DNA from: Podarcis muralis | Lineage: Eukaryota | Direction: 5' to 3' | NCBI RefSeq assembly: GCF_964188315.1 | Contig: NC_135655.1 | Span: 45,322,001 to 45,386,000, forward strand | Length of the DNA: 64,000 nucleotides | In this document: one piece after another, positions 47,980 to 60,720 of the stretch | How positions within the stretch are numbered: the stretch's first letter is position 1 | Layout of the letters: every line of letters starts with the position of its first letter | The notes under the pieces: model-generated | Seen by the model: only the letters and a program-made list of their open reading frames with translations | What the model was told of the DNA's origin: nothing | The model's database searches: none | Translations under genes and position numbers: made by a program

Positions 47980-48896
47980 CTAGGGGACATCACATAGGTG
48001 GGCTGGGATAGTGATGCAGAAGACCAGACTGCTCTCCTTAGTCCAGCACAGAGAGACACACTGGAGAAATCCAGAGGTCAATGTAGGGCTCCTGACCAGA
48101 GTTAGGATGCCAAATCATACCTTCTGCACCCAACTAAAAAATGAGTTGCTCCCCTGTAACTCGAGCAAAGCTCAATATCTTATAGTTTCAGTATATGGCA
48201 GTGGGGGGCTGCGGCCCTCTAGATGTTGCTAGTCTACCATTATCCCTAACCACAGGCCATGTTGGCTGGGGCTTATGGAGTCCAATCACACCTAGAAGCC
48301 TACAGGTTCTTCACCCATGTCATAACGGCTCATGTAGTGAAATGTATGGAGACCATGCAAGTGCTGACAATTTTTCTACTGTACAGAACTGAATCCTAGA
48401 GCAGAGAACAGATTAATCTACATCACATTCTTTGAAGTCTGGGACAAAAGTAAGAACGTAAGAGGAGCCTGTTGGATCAGGCCAATGGTCTATCTAATCC
48501 AGCATCACAGTGGCCAACCAGATGCCCGTGGGAAGTAATATGTCCTATTGGGTCCATAAGAGGAGATTCTCTGCTTAGGAAAGCTACAAATCGCCTTGGA
48601 AGAAGGATGTTAGATTGCAGTGTAAAATAAATAGAAAAAAATATTCAGAGTGTCAGTTATGATTCATCTAGAAGCTTTCCTGGGCCTTTTAAAAAGTCTA
48701 TAAAACTCATAAATAAAATAAGACGCCGAACAGAGTAATGTAGCTTCAATTGTTTTAATAATCAATCAATTGAAACAGTACATAATTGTTGCAATTGTTC
48801 CGTTTTTCTGGCACTGTTTGCACATGCCTATTTTAGAAACTGCCTAGTGAGAGCAAAGAGTAACTCTGCTCAGATCTTTACAAGTATGTAAGCCAG

Positions 48897-49076
48897 CAGT
48901 GTGTGTTTTTCTGGGGGGTACGCAGGGGTACGCATACCCCCTAAAATTTTGTGAATCTTTGTACTTTTCTCCATTTACTGTACTTTATTTTTCCCAATTT
49001 GAACTACAAAATGGTGATTTTCTTGAGTCAAAATGAGAGTACCCCTAAACATTTTTTAAAGGGGAAAAAAGCACTA
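48897..49076. mobile_element. hAT-type MITE related to 9155-9303
   Basis: Shared internal sequence in reverse orientation; degenerate TIRs; no clear TSD. Confidence 0.65.
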
Positions 49077-49757
49077 GTGAGCAGCATTGCCAAAAGCCAC
49101 ACACATTGTATACAAAAGGGGATTTAAAAGTACGTTGAGAAAGTTATTCTTAAAAAGTTGCAAGTCCTTTCTGAAAATGGTAAGAAGATATGCTTCAAAA
49201 CCGGTTCAGAGTTTTCTCCAGCACAGGACAGTTCCCACCCCAAAAGCTGAGGCTGAGTAAGTTTCAGGCACTTGGATGGACCTTGTTCTTAAAAGAAGCA
49301 AAAAGAAGTCAGGGCTATCAGTAGTACTTAGCCATCTCCAATAGAAACTGGCACATCTTCCAATAGCTGTCAAACGAAATTAGGTACTGCAAATCTGTTT
49401 TTACATTTTGAAAAAGAGTAGACTTCCATAGCAAGGCAGAATGCAAATGGCAAGCAGAAACTACCATAGGAGCTGGTGGATGAAATCCCTTACTGAATGA
49501 TTTTATACCACCCTCTTTTGCTAAAACAAAAACAAAACAAAAAAACAAAGCAGATTACAACCCAAACTAAAAAAAATTCAAATTAGAGCAGTAAAAATAA
49601 AATTACAACAATAAAACAGTACAATATAATTAAACGGTAAAGAAAAATGCAGGTTAAAGCAGCAAAAAAAGCAATCATACAATGGAATAAAAGTACCCAG
49701 CACAACCTCCGATTCTTGGAATTATTGTTATCATTATCATCATACATGATGATATAG

Positions 49758-49759
<2 letters not shown>

Positions 49760-49800
<41 letters not shown>
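49760..49800. repeat. (TA)n microsatellite
   Basis: Direct inspection. Confidence 0.95.
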
Positions 49801-49801
<1 letters not shown>

Positions 49802-52800
49802 CACACCAGTAAATGGGTTAGAGATCTGGATGTGTGAAAACAGTACCTAAAAAAACCCCGGGTTTGCTTAAGAGCTGCCACAATCCAATCCTGATTTGTC
49901 ACTTCTTTTTAACTTCCCCCCACTTTATTAGCAACTCTGAGTCCTGCCTTGTCACTTCTGCTGTGCTGCCAACAGCAACATCCTATTATGGGAGAAGAAC
50001 ATTTCCAGGCTTGTTCTTGCAGGCTTCCCAAAAAAGAAGGCCTTGACAAAGCCTCTCCGTTTGGCCCGGTGGCATTCAGTTTATCACTAGTGTAAAGACA
50101 CTGGGCAGGATTGTGAAATCTGTTCTCCATTGTGGTGGCTGTAACATCCACCGCTAGATAGCAAGACTGAGAGCTTGTTCAAAATACTGTTTCTCAAGAG
50201 CTCGCTGCTCCCCCCCTTCCTCCATCAGTATGAATGCACTCACTCAATCAATGAAGCATCTCTTATCTGAGATCTTGGCTTCCCTCCAACTGCAGCTTGC
50301 TGGCTCTCTCTCTCTCCAGGATTTTCCCATTCTCTGTTGGTTTGTGATCCTTAATCCCGGTTTTCGTGCACACAGGGTTCCACTGAGAAAATGAGCTTTA
50401 TCTAAATTTGGCCAGTCTAATTGAAATAGATTAATAACATCAGTATGTTAAAAAAAAAACCAACAACCCCGAAAACCCAAAGCCACTGTGAAATAGACTC
50501 AGTGGAAACTGAGAAATAGGCTGAAAAAAGACTCACTGTGCTGCTCAGATACAGAAAAAAATTGGGCACATAGAGTGATCCCCAGCTAAGATGCTGCACC
50601 CTGTTCGCAGGGGACTCCTGTAGGCTCCCCACTCAACCGTATTAATCGTTAGCTTTATTAAGGCTCATTTGATGCTCACAAAACACGGCATGCAAGGATC
50701 GCTCACTTGGTGATATTGAAAAGATGCTATCTGTAGTGTCTCAATAGCCAGTGACTACACAACAAAGCTTCAGACTCCAAGACTCCAAGCGTCTTACTTT
50801 TCAAGGGAGAGGGAGGGGGAGAGAGGGAAGCATGTGCAAGGGGGGGGGGGGGGAATCCAGATAATAAAACGAACAAGGAGAGAAACTGGATGAAGTCACT
50901 GCACTATAGAATTACCATGAGGAAGCACAACAGAGGCAGTATGCACAAATGGACTTAATTCACTCGGACCCTGCCTGCACCGTGAACAAGGGCCTTGGTA
51001 GCTGAATGTGTGTCAGGAACTTCCCTATGGAAAAATAAGACCTGTGCAGCCGGGGTGTGATCTTCATTCGCACGACAACATGTGCAGTTTCCCTATGCGC
51101 TCACATCTTACTGCTTTTAAAGCCTTATTTCATGGCATTTGGGTTTAGTGGTACTCGACAGACTGACCTGACCCTGAAAGGGCATCCAAATTATGGCAGA
51201 TTTCATCCTCAAAAATGTCTTGCAAACATTTCACAGTGATCCACAGATGGGCCAGACTGCAAGAGACCCCAGACCACCAAGAAAATCTCTCTCAGATGAC
51301 ACTGTGAGGATCCAAGGGTGGAGCAGAATTCCTTCTGCACTGCCTCTGAGTAAACCTGACAATAGAACTTATGAGTGTTGAATTCATGACACACGTTTGT
51401 GGATAAACCTAACGAGAAGCCAGGACTAAACCACTGAGTCATAATCTCTGCCACTGTTATAGAGTTTTTGTTTCTGCTGTCAGTCCTTGGCTTTCCCATA
51501 AGGTAGAAATTGTCTAAGTAAATATTTCTTAGCACTCTTTGGCTGTCACACAAATTGGAAGTCAGAGTTGATGTTAATTTCCTTTGTATTCCAACAGGAA
51601 CACTGGTTCTATTATTTCCTCCTATTTGTCCCCAATAAAAGCAAATTAGTCTAGGAAACTGTGACACCTGAAAAGAGAATTATAAATTACTGTGTGAAGA
51701 GATTTAAATAGCCGAGGAACACATTTCAAAAATGTGAGAATAACCGCACTCTATACTGCTTGAGTAACTTCATTCTATGTAGCAATTAGCTGGCGCAGCA
51801 ATGACAAATGAATTTGTAATGATAAGTCCAACTCATAGCTACAGCTACTGTGAAAGTCTGAGGTCATTTCATGATGCAAGATGACGTCTGTTCTGTTGGA
51901 ATGAAGGTTTAAAGCTCAGTGCCTTATCTGAAGTTCTTTGTCAGCAATACTGAGATCGGAAATGCCCTTCAATAAATTGGATAAAACTGAACCAAATCCT
52001 TCACAAAAGAATATCATGTTGGAGCTATCCTTTAATTTGTAATTGAAAAATTATTCTAAGAGTACTCCAGTTGTCTTAATATAATGATCACAGTCCACTA
52101 CAGAGTTAATTATGCTTATGGCAACTGATTTTAAAGGGGCTTTTGGACTGTGGTCATGTGTGTGCAGTCTAAATGCAAAAGAATGTGGAGCTGCAAGTAA
52201 AAGATAAAACTAATTATGCTTTTCCTTCTCTTCCCATTTTTAACACTTCAAAATAATATTTCTGTTTAATGCATTATCATTAAAAATAAATCATTCTGTT
52301 CTCATGTCTGTTATTGACTTTATATAAAAGCAATTTTATACAAGCCTTATACACACTTGGTAGTCTGGTTCACACATAACACTAAGCAATAGTTTGTTTA
52401 ACAAACCATGAATTAACTACAGATTATCCCATGGGCAAGCAAGCCATGACTTGTTTTCTGGGGTGGGGGTGGGGAATAAATGCTCCAAATAAGCAAACAT
52501 ACATACATAACTAGCATCAGAGAACAGGGGCTATCATTTCTGGTAGATCAGATCCTTTAATATACCTTTCAAACAGTCCTGGGCTGGACAGACAGAAAAG
52601 TTTCTCTGTTTTAAGCTATACCAAGCAATGTGTTTTAACATCAACTTGTAATTCTGAACAATAACAAAGCTAGCTCCAATAATTCATACCTTATACCTAT
52701 GCCTGTGGGGCATTTCCCCCTTTCTCCACTTGCTCCTCTTCAGAGTTTTCAAGGAGATTAATAGCAGTGGGAGGATCCCACTGTAATTTTGTAGAAGAGG

Positions 52801-53060
52801 TGGAGGTGGTTGTGGATGAAAGCACCGATCTGTCTTGCATATATTGCTGTGCTACACAGTTCCTAGGCTGACACAATTGTTGGAGGAGACGTGCATATAT
52901 TTCCAGGGGTGTAGTAAGGGGGGGCCGAGGGGCAGACCGCCCCCGGGTGCCCTCACTGAGGGGGGTGACATTCAGCATGCTGTGTGACCGCGGCTCCCAA
53001 GCCTACCCTGAGCCGTCGGCTAAGGGGGGAGCTGCGCTGCTTTGCTGGCAGCATTCCCCC

Positions 53061-53438
53061 TGTTATGTACTGAGTTGAATAGGATCCAAAAGGCAGCAGT
53101 CTGATTGGTCCTAGAACAATAGGATTCAGAACGCAGCAGTCTGATTGGTCCTAGAACAATAGGATCCAGAATGCAGCAGCCTGATTGGTCCTAGAACAAT
53201 AGGATCCAGAATGCAGAAGTCTGATTGGTCCACAGGAGCCACCCAATCCAGCTCCAGGTGGAAGGGAATCCGCAACCTGATTGGCCTACAGGAGAATCTC
53301 AGAATTAGCCAATCACATGGGGCCCATTGTGTAAATAATGTATATAAGCCAGACATTCTGGGGGAACTTCCATTCCTCCTCACCACTATGAGCTGAATAA
53401 AGAGCATGAAATCCACACTCGACTCCGAGTATATTTCA
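53061..53438 (+). mobile_element. Solo LTR (378 bp, TG...CA)
   Basis: Begins TGTTATG and ends TATTTCA with C-run flanks compatible with a 4-5 bp TSD. Contains four 40-bp tandem repeats, TATATAA at about 53340 and AATAAA at about 53396; no internal gag/pol. Confidence 0.8.
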
Positions 53439-54442
53439 CCCCCCCTTCCCCCTTTGTTTTGACAGCTTGGGGAGGCTTGGGAGTCACGGGCAGGTGGTAT
53501 GCCAAATGTCCACCATGGGCTGCTTACTCTGCCCCCAGCTGCAAGGTGTGCACGCTGCTCCAGGCACCTGAGTGGCTATCCCGTGCCTGGGAGGGCACCC
53601 TCTGCGCCACACACCCCTTGGGAGCGCGCCCACCCTGGGCAGAGTGGGCATATGCTCCACTGCTGCATATTGCCTCCACAGTGCATTCCATAAGGTAGTT
53701 TGCCTTTCAATTAAGGAAGCTCTCTGTGCCATGTGCCTCTCAAAGGCAGCTCATAGCTGCTGCCATGGACTCCAAACATGTGGCTTACTTACTTTTTCTC
53801 TAAACTTTGTAATAATAATAATTTATTTATATGCTGCCCATCTGACTGGGTTGCTCCATCCGCTCTGGGCGGCTCCCAACAAAAACACAATACAACATAA
53901 AACACTAAAAACTTTCCTAAAAGGCCTTCAGATGCCTTTTTAAAATCGCATGTCCCAAATGGTACCAGCTTTCTTCATAGCTGGGAGTTGCCTTGATCAT
54001 TTTGGTTTGGGTGTGGTCATTGGCCATGGAGGGTGAAAACTGCACATCATGATGCATGCCATAGCTTTGTGGAAGTGCGCTAGAATGGCGACTTTTTAAA
54101 GGAATACTTCTGAACCGCTAGTACTGAAAGACCACATCTTAAACAACTACTTAATGCACATATTCACCCCAGGTTACCAAGGTCAGCCAAGCGAGTGAGA
54201 CTTCCAGGCACTGCATTAATTGTTCTCTAGGTAACTGAACAAAACTATTACCCTAAAGTTGCAAGCTGAAGTAACAGGCTATGTTTTTATTGGTCAGGCT
54301 TTACTGTTGATTGAGCCGTTTCTTACCCCTCTAGGATTTCACAGTGTTACCCGCAGAAGTGTGAACTTTTGAAACCTTAGCAGCTTTAAATGTATAAACT
54401 GCGGCAGTCTTAATTCTGTCCCTCTGAGAAGCTATCCCATTA

Positions 54443-54668
54443 CAGTGGTACCTTGGGTTACATACGCTTCAGGTTACAGACTCTGCTAACCCAGAAATAG
54501 TACCTTGGGCTAAGAACTTTGCTTCAGGATGAGAACAGAAATCGTGCTCCAGTGGCGCGGTGGCAGCAGGAGACCCCATTAGCTAAAGTGGTGCTTCAGG
54601 TTAAGAACACTTTCAGGTTAAGAACGGACCTCCGGAACGAATTAAGTACTTAACCCGAGGTACCACTG
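54443..54668. mobile_element. Tc1/mariner-type MITE (226 bp)
   Basis: TIRs CAGTGGTACCT...AGGTACCACTG; TA flanks. Confidence 0.88.
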
Positions 54669-55059
54669 TACATAAACAATTTTAAGAAAGGCGCTTTTGA
54701 CTGCCATTGTGTCCTTTTCCGTGGTATATTCCTGCTTTCCTATTTATCCCTTTAGAGATGGAAGCTGGGCAGAGTGGACAGCGGTCTCTTTAAACTTCCC
54801 TCACCTCATAGTCCAGCAGCCGCAAAGCAAACCTGTCTGCCTGGCTAGGGAGGGCTTCTCCTGGAGGAGGGGGGGGGGCAAGGAAAAGAGCCTGTTGCCA
54901 GGCAGCGTTTGGAGTGAGGTCTTCTTCAGGAAAAGTTCAAAAGCAAACAGCTTAGCCTGGAAACAGTTTTGTTTCCCAGGCGCTTTTGCCTCACGCCATG
55001 TGGCCTGGCGAGTGACTTCAGCAGGGGGGCGAAACCAGGTTCAAGAATGGGGACCCGGG

Positions 55060-56328
55060 GTCACGTGGGTTTCAGGATACAGAGGCAAGGGAAAACTGAG
55101 TGTAGTCGGACACACACTCTGGACTTTAAGAAGGCCAATTTGGAAAACCTGAAGGAGCTACTGGGTGTGATCCCGTGGTCAGAAATACTCAGTGAGAAGG
55201 GAGTCCAATAAGGATGGGAGTTTCTAAAAGGAGAAATATTGAAGGCCCAAATGCGGACCATACCAACAAGAAAGAAAAGTGGGAGGCAGTTGAGAAAACC
55301 CGTGTGGCTGCATAAGGAGATGACAGATGAGCTGAGAGTAAAGAAGGGCATGTACAGTGGTACCTCAGGTTACAGACGTTTCAGGTTACAGACGCTTCAG
55401 GTTACAGACTCTGCTAACCCAGAAATAGTACCTCGGGTTAAGAACTTTGCTTCAGGATGAGAACAGAAATCATGCTCTGGCGGTGCGGTAGCAGCAGGAG
55501 GCCCCATTAGCTAAAGTGGTACCTCAGGTTAAGAACAGTTTCAGGTTAAGAACGGACCTCCGGAACGAATTAAGTTCTTAACCAGAGGTAGCACTGTATA
55601 AGAAATGGAAGAAAGGGGAAATCACAAAGGAGGAGTTTACATGAGTAGCCAACAGTTGCAGGGGGAAAGTCGGGCTGGCTAAAGCTCAGAATGAGCTCGG
55701 GCTTGCAAGAGAGGTTAAAAATCATAAACAAAAGGTTTCTTCTGCTATGTCCGAAGGAAGAGGAAGAACAAGCAAGCTAACAAAATGAATTTCACTCTAT
55801 TCTGCCTTGGTCAGACCACACTTGGAATACTGTGTCCAATTCTGGGCACCACAATTTAAGAAGGATGTTGACAAGCTGGAATGTGTGCAGAGGAGGGCAA
55901 CCAAGATGATCAAGGGTCTAGAAACAGACTTATGAGGAGCTCTTGAAGGAGCTGGGTATGTTTAGCCTGGAAAAAAGGAGGCTGAGAGGAGATATGACAG
56001 CCATCTTCAAATATATTAAGGGCTGTCATATGGAGGAGGGAATATGCCTGTTTTCTCCTGTTCTGGAAGGTAGGACTTGAACCAATGTCTTCAAGCTGCA
56101 GGAAAGGAGATTCCGATTAAACATTCGAAAACATTCGAAAAAACAGTAGCTGTTCAGCAGTGGAACAGACTCCCATGAGAGGTGGTGGACTTGCCTACCT
56201 TGGAGGTTTTTAAGCAGAGGTTGGATGGCCATCTGACATGGACGCTTTAGCTTAGAGTCCTGCTTTGCAGGGGGTTGGACTAGATGACCCTCGAGGTCCC
56301 TTCCAATTCTAAGATTCTATGATTCTAA
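55060..56328 (+). mobile_element. CR1 LINE remnant, internally deleted and interrupted by a MITE
   Basis: TLDFKKANLENLKELLGVIPW...KKGMY|KKWKKGEITKEEF linker, then [42 protein letters not shown]; CR1 tail GGACTAGATGACC...ATTCTATGATTCTA. Confidence 0.85.
55355..55596. mobile_element. Tc1/mariner-type MITE inserted into CR1
   Basis: TIRs with TA duplication splitting CR1 ATG-TA|TA-AG. Confidence 0.9.
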
Positions 56329-58394
56329 TGTCAACTATAGTTAAAACAAACCAAAGTTTGTAAGCAAACAATAAACCATTGTGTCTGATCACGGTTTGTA
56401 GGAAGATAACAGGCTACAGTTGTGCCACTAGGTAGTGTTCAGATAATTAAATAAACAATACTTCAATAAACTGGTTTATGATTGCATACACTAAGAATAA
56501 ACTCTAAAGAACTCACTGGGGCTTACTTCTGAATAAAAATGATTAGCACTCTGGTTCATATCGTCTTTGTCCACCATAACAGCTGCTCATCTTTTATTTC
56601 ACTTTCCTTTCAATATATATTTTTTACTATTTATTTAAGTACTAACTGTATATCCTTGGATACTGGAACATAATTGTTTTGTACATTACTGAGGCCTTGT
56701 TGGAGAATACTTGTTGGTGGCTGTAGAAAGCAAGTGCCTACATGACATTCAGACACCCCTTGTGTCTGCAAATGGTTCTGGATGGAATGCTTGACACTTA
56801 AATAGCCCTAAGTCAAACTCTATATTGTGGAAACATTTTGAACACTTGCAATTCATACCTGACCTGGGGCTAGTAATGTGTATCAAGAATTCCAACAACG
56901 GGTTTTCAGTGAGTGACTTGCATAAGCAATTTTAGTGGTTTTAAATCCAATCAGACTATCTTATGGTTTTCCATTCACAAACAGCTGCTGTAGTTAGCCA
57001 TAAGCTTTCTGCAAAATATTAATGAAAAGGAAGGCAAGAAACTGTTTAACCAAAGAGAAGCAATTCAGGAGGGGATATACAGAGGAAGTCTTCAGCTTCC
57101 CATGAACGTAATATAAAAATTGATCTATGCAGGCCAGAATTCTGTTTCCAGCAGATGCCACCCAGATGCATGGAGGAAAAACTCATAGCTGTGTATGTGA
57201 TGGATAGTCACCCCCTCTTACCTACCTATATGAAAAAACCTCTCTCTCCCACTTCCTTCTTTCCATTTAAACTTCTCATGTCCACAAAGAACCTCCCAAA
57301 ATCCATCCTTCTATAACACAACAGGTATGCAATACTGTGCTTTAGGCAGCAATCTAAAGTAGGGCTGAAAATAAGTCACACTGGAGACTTATTTCAAAGA
57401 AACCTGTGTGTTTCATCTAAGGAGGATAGGGACAGACCTGGTCTTGTGCTTTCAGAGATAGGGAATCAGCCATTGTTATGCTTCTTGTTCCCAGCAGACT
57501 TTGGTGCAACCTGATACCCGTACAGGACCTCAAGAGCGTAATCCAAATGTCTGCTACCTCCTCCCTCTTAAGTTTTAAGATTATGCCGAGATGTAGACTC
57601 CATGGCTTCAACAGCAGTCGTTTTCTCTCCTAACTGCCACCCTGTCGCCCAGTCCATTGCTTTGTTTCAAGAGTTCTGAAGAACTCAAAAGCTTGCACAG
57701 CATTTTCTGTAATTTGGGTTGGCTTAATAAAAGTCTCACTCCAATACAGATTGGAGCATTTTTCTTATGGGCCAACGTGCCTCCCTTTACTTTCTATTAA
57801 ATATGAGTAAATGTACTCATAAATCACTAACGTTTATTGATTAACAAATCAACACTATTTTATTGAAAAGTTGAAGGCAACCTTGTTCTCTTTTGTGCCA
57901 GATGCCCTTGTGCTACCAAACTGCCAAATTTCAGATTCCAGTTATTGAGGGAAAGTGTTATTTCATACAGTTAAATCCGATCTTTCCCTTTTGTGAATTT
58001 CAAAATACAAATGTGTATTGTTTTAATGGCCTGATACACAAACTGTACTTTGACAAAATTCAATAATATAAGAATTATAATTTTCAGTGGCACAGAAGTT
58101 CCAAATTTGGAGAAAAAACAAAGAGGAACCATTAACTGGATCAATTAGATAGAGGAATATAGGGGAATGGGTAAAAGTACTGCAGGTTAAAATACCTTTA
58201 AAAGATGTCATGGAACAAAGGTTGGGGATTCCCACCCTTTTCTCTGTGGCTTCTTTATGTTCTCAGCTATAATTATAAAAACAATTCATCCCAATTATCA
58301 TGACTAAAATGTCAACTTCAGCTAGTTGTCAGAAAGGCTTTTAAAAAAATAGAATGCAGTTCTCCTCAAAGCAGAAGAGATGATGATTATTTGT

Positions 58395-59140
58395 CAAATT
58401 TCTATGCTGCCCTTCATCCGAAGATCACAGGGTGGTTTACAATATCAAAACACAAAAAACCACACCATAGTAACAATATCACCCCACGCCCCTTGCAGTT
58501 TAAAAGGCCATAACTTGTTTAATTAGCCAAATGCATGGGAGAAGAGGAATGTTTTTGCCTGGTGCCTAAAGATATGCAACAAAGGTGTCAGGTGAGTGGC
58601 CCTGAGGACAGCAGTCCACAAGCGGGGAGCCACTGCAGAAAAGGCCTGTTCTCATGTTGCAGTCCTCCAAACCTCTCACAGAGGAGGCACATGAAGAAGG
58701 GCCTTAGATCTCAGCGTCTGGATTGATTTGTATGGGGAATGGCAGCACTTAAGATATTGTGGTCCTGACAAGTTTAAGGCTTTATAGGATTCCCACAACT
58801 GGACAGAGAGCCCAGAGAGAGAGATGGAAACTCTATAGACTACAGCAATTCTCCCTCTCCATCCCTCAGCTCTGCCCTGAGGACCCAGGTGGGCACAGCT
58901 GGGTGAGACCAATTCCATCCTGCTCACCCACCCAGGTCTCTGTAATGTGTGAGGCGGCTTCCTCATCTATAATCAGATCATGCCTAGCCCTACCATGTAC
59001 CACTGTAATTGTCCCCACCCCACCCCCCACTCTCCCCTGCTCCTGTCCTCCCAGGCACATCCTCCCTCCATCAAGAAAAATAACAAAAATCCACACAGAT
59101 TGAAATCAGTTGAAACAATTAAAAACAGTTAAAAGATTGG
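58395..59140 (-). mobile_element. Internally deleted, degenerate L2 element
   Basis: Minus strand keeps the APE N-terminus (HDLIIDEE...ITETWV...LCPPG) joined to the C-terminal YKALNLSGPQYLK...QTLRS...LLHVPP and a 3' tail. Confidence 0.65.
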
Positions 59141-59329
59141 CCCTGTCTCCTAGATCTGAGAAAATATGGGAACCCAATGGGATCTGGCATATTTTAAATA
59201 TACAGTATTGTACTTCTTAGGATTGCCCTGGGGAATATTATCAACTCTTAGAGGAGAGCGACAAACCTGTAAACTGAATGACACCAACCAGCCATGTTTC
59301 TGTCAGTGAAGGGTTAATTCCAGGTCAGG

Positions 59330-60720
59330 TGTGCCCTGCCCCGCTCTTTTGAACTGTGTCCCTCCCTACTGTGCAACCAAACCAAGCAGGGCTAGGCACT
59401 TTGCATCGGGTACTTTATCAGGAAGGCGGAGCCTGAATGATCGCATCTCTTCTGACCTATCGCAGCTGCCGCTTCTTGCGGTTTGGACCGACAAAAAAAA
59501 AAAAAAAAACCAGGAAAGAAGTGGGGGCGTCAATGCTTCGGTGTGAATCAAATACTGCGAAACGACAAGGCGGAGCGAAGACTTGACGGGCTCAAATCCC
59601 CACCAATACCTACCAGCGACTGGGGCCGAAGCAGCCAATGCGCCCGCGAGGCTTGAAGTGGGGAAGGAGAGAAGGTAGCGAAGGAGGTGGGAGTTGTTGT
59701 CAGGGAGTAGGAGGCAGCTCTGCTTGGCGGCTGAGGAGGAGCTGAAGGGAGGCGGCCGCGGGTAGCAGGTGAGAGCGAGCGACGGAGCGAGCGAGCGGCG
59801 GCCGGGCCCGGTAGGCGCTTGGCTGAGGGAAGGGGCTTCCGCGGACGACGAGGCGCGGTTCCTTCCTCCCTGCCCGGCGGGGAGAGCGGCGGGGCGACCT
59901 GTGGCGGAAGGCCCGAGCTCCCGGGTGCGGGGCTGGTCGGCTCCGAAGCCGTGTGGGTGAGCCTCGAAAGGGGAAGGGAGGAAGGAAGGAGGTGCGGGGG
60001 CTGCTGCGCTCAAGAGGCGGCGGCGGCGGGGAATCCGGGGATGGGGAGAAGCGGGCTCGCGGAGTACGTGTGAATGAGTGCAGCGGCGTGCAAGGGAAGG
60101 TGCGAGTGCGGGGTCTGCTCGAAGGGGAGGTCGGGCGAGGTGCCGGAGGGAGGTGGGGCGCTTGAAGAGCCCGGGAAAGGAAGGGGCCGGGTGGGCGTCT
60201 CTCGGCTTCATACATATATATACATACAGGGTATATCTATCTCTATATAATGGTCGGCTGGGCTGGAGGCTGAACCTGGGCGAGGATCTGCGGCGAGTGG
60301 CCCAGGAATGCGGGCGGATGAGGAGCCCTGCGGAAGGGAGGAAGGAAGGAGGAGAGAGGGAGAGGCGGATAGTGCAGGAAGCGGCGAGGAGGGAGAGGCA
60401 GAAGCGCCGCTCTCGCATCCCCGGCAGCGGAGGGACCTCGCCGGGCGAAGCTGCCCTGCCGCCCCTTCCCGGCTTCCGGGGTGCCTGCCTGGGACTGGCC
60501 TCCCTTCCAGGCCCCGCTTGGTCTGGGGAGTTAGGGATTCCTGAAGGAATGTGGCCAACTGGCTTCCTCTCCCCAGAGCTGCCCTATATTTCATTCTGTC
60601 TTCGGGACTACTTGTTTGTAAATGAAGCCTTTTTGCAGAATCCTGGCTTTGCAACCCCTGGAAAAGGGGGCGGCGGCGGGAAAGAGCTGATAAGCTAATT
60701 GAGTGAAGCGCCGTCCCACC
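59330..60720. promoter_or_regulatory. CpG island, probable NUMB promoter/first exon/intron start
   Basis: Strongly GC/CpG-rich. CCAAT boxes at 59603 and 59635 and GC boxes; position matches the vertebrate order ACOT-HEATR4(RIOX1)-NUMB. Confidence 0.75.
59695..59768 (+). other. NUMB: Probable non-coding first exon of NUMB (5' UTR)
   Basis: GTTGTCAGGGAG...GCTTGGCGGC...GGCGGCCGCGGGTAGCAG|GTGAGA resembles my recollection of the human NUMB 5' end (GTTGTCATGGGGGAG...GCTTGGTGGC...GGCGGCCGAGGTAGAG). Good donor at 59769. No NUMB coding exon lies in the window. Confidence 0.55.

Noticed and set aside
50800-50855. G-run cluster as a functional G-quadruplex
   Set aside because: Simple low-complexity purine tract far from any evident promoter, with no supporting context.
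41800-52900. Hidden protein-coding gene in the HEATR4-NUMB spacer (e.g. ORFs 43001-43390, 51209-51667)
   Set aside because: ORFs are short, compositionally random or repeat-derived; I found no chain of phase-consistent exons or recognisable motifs.
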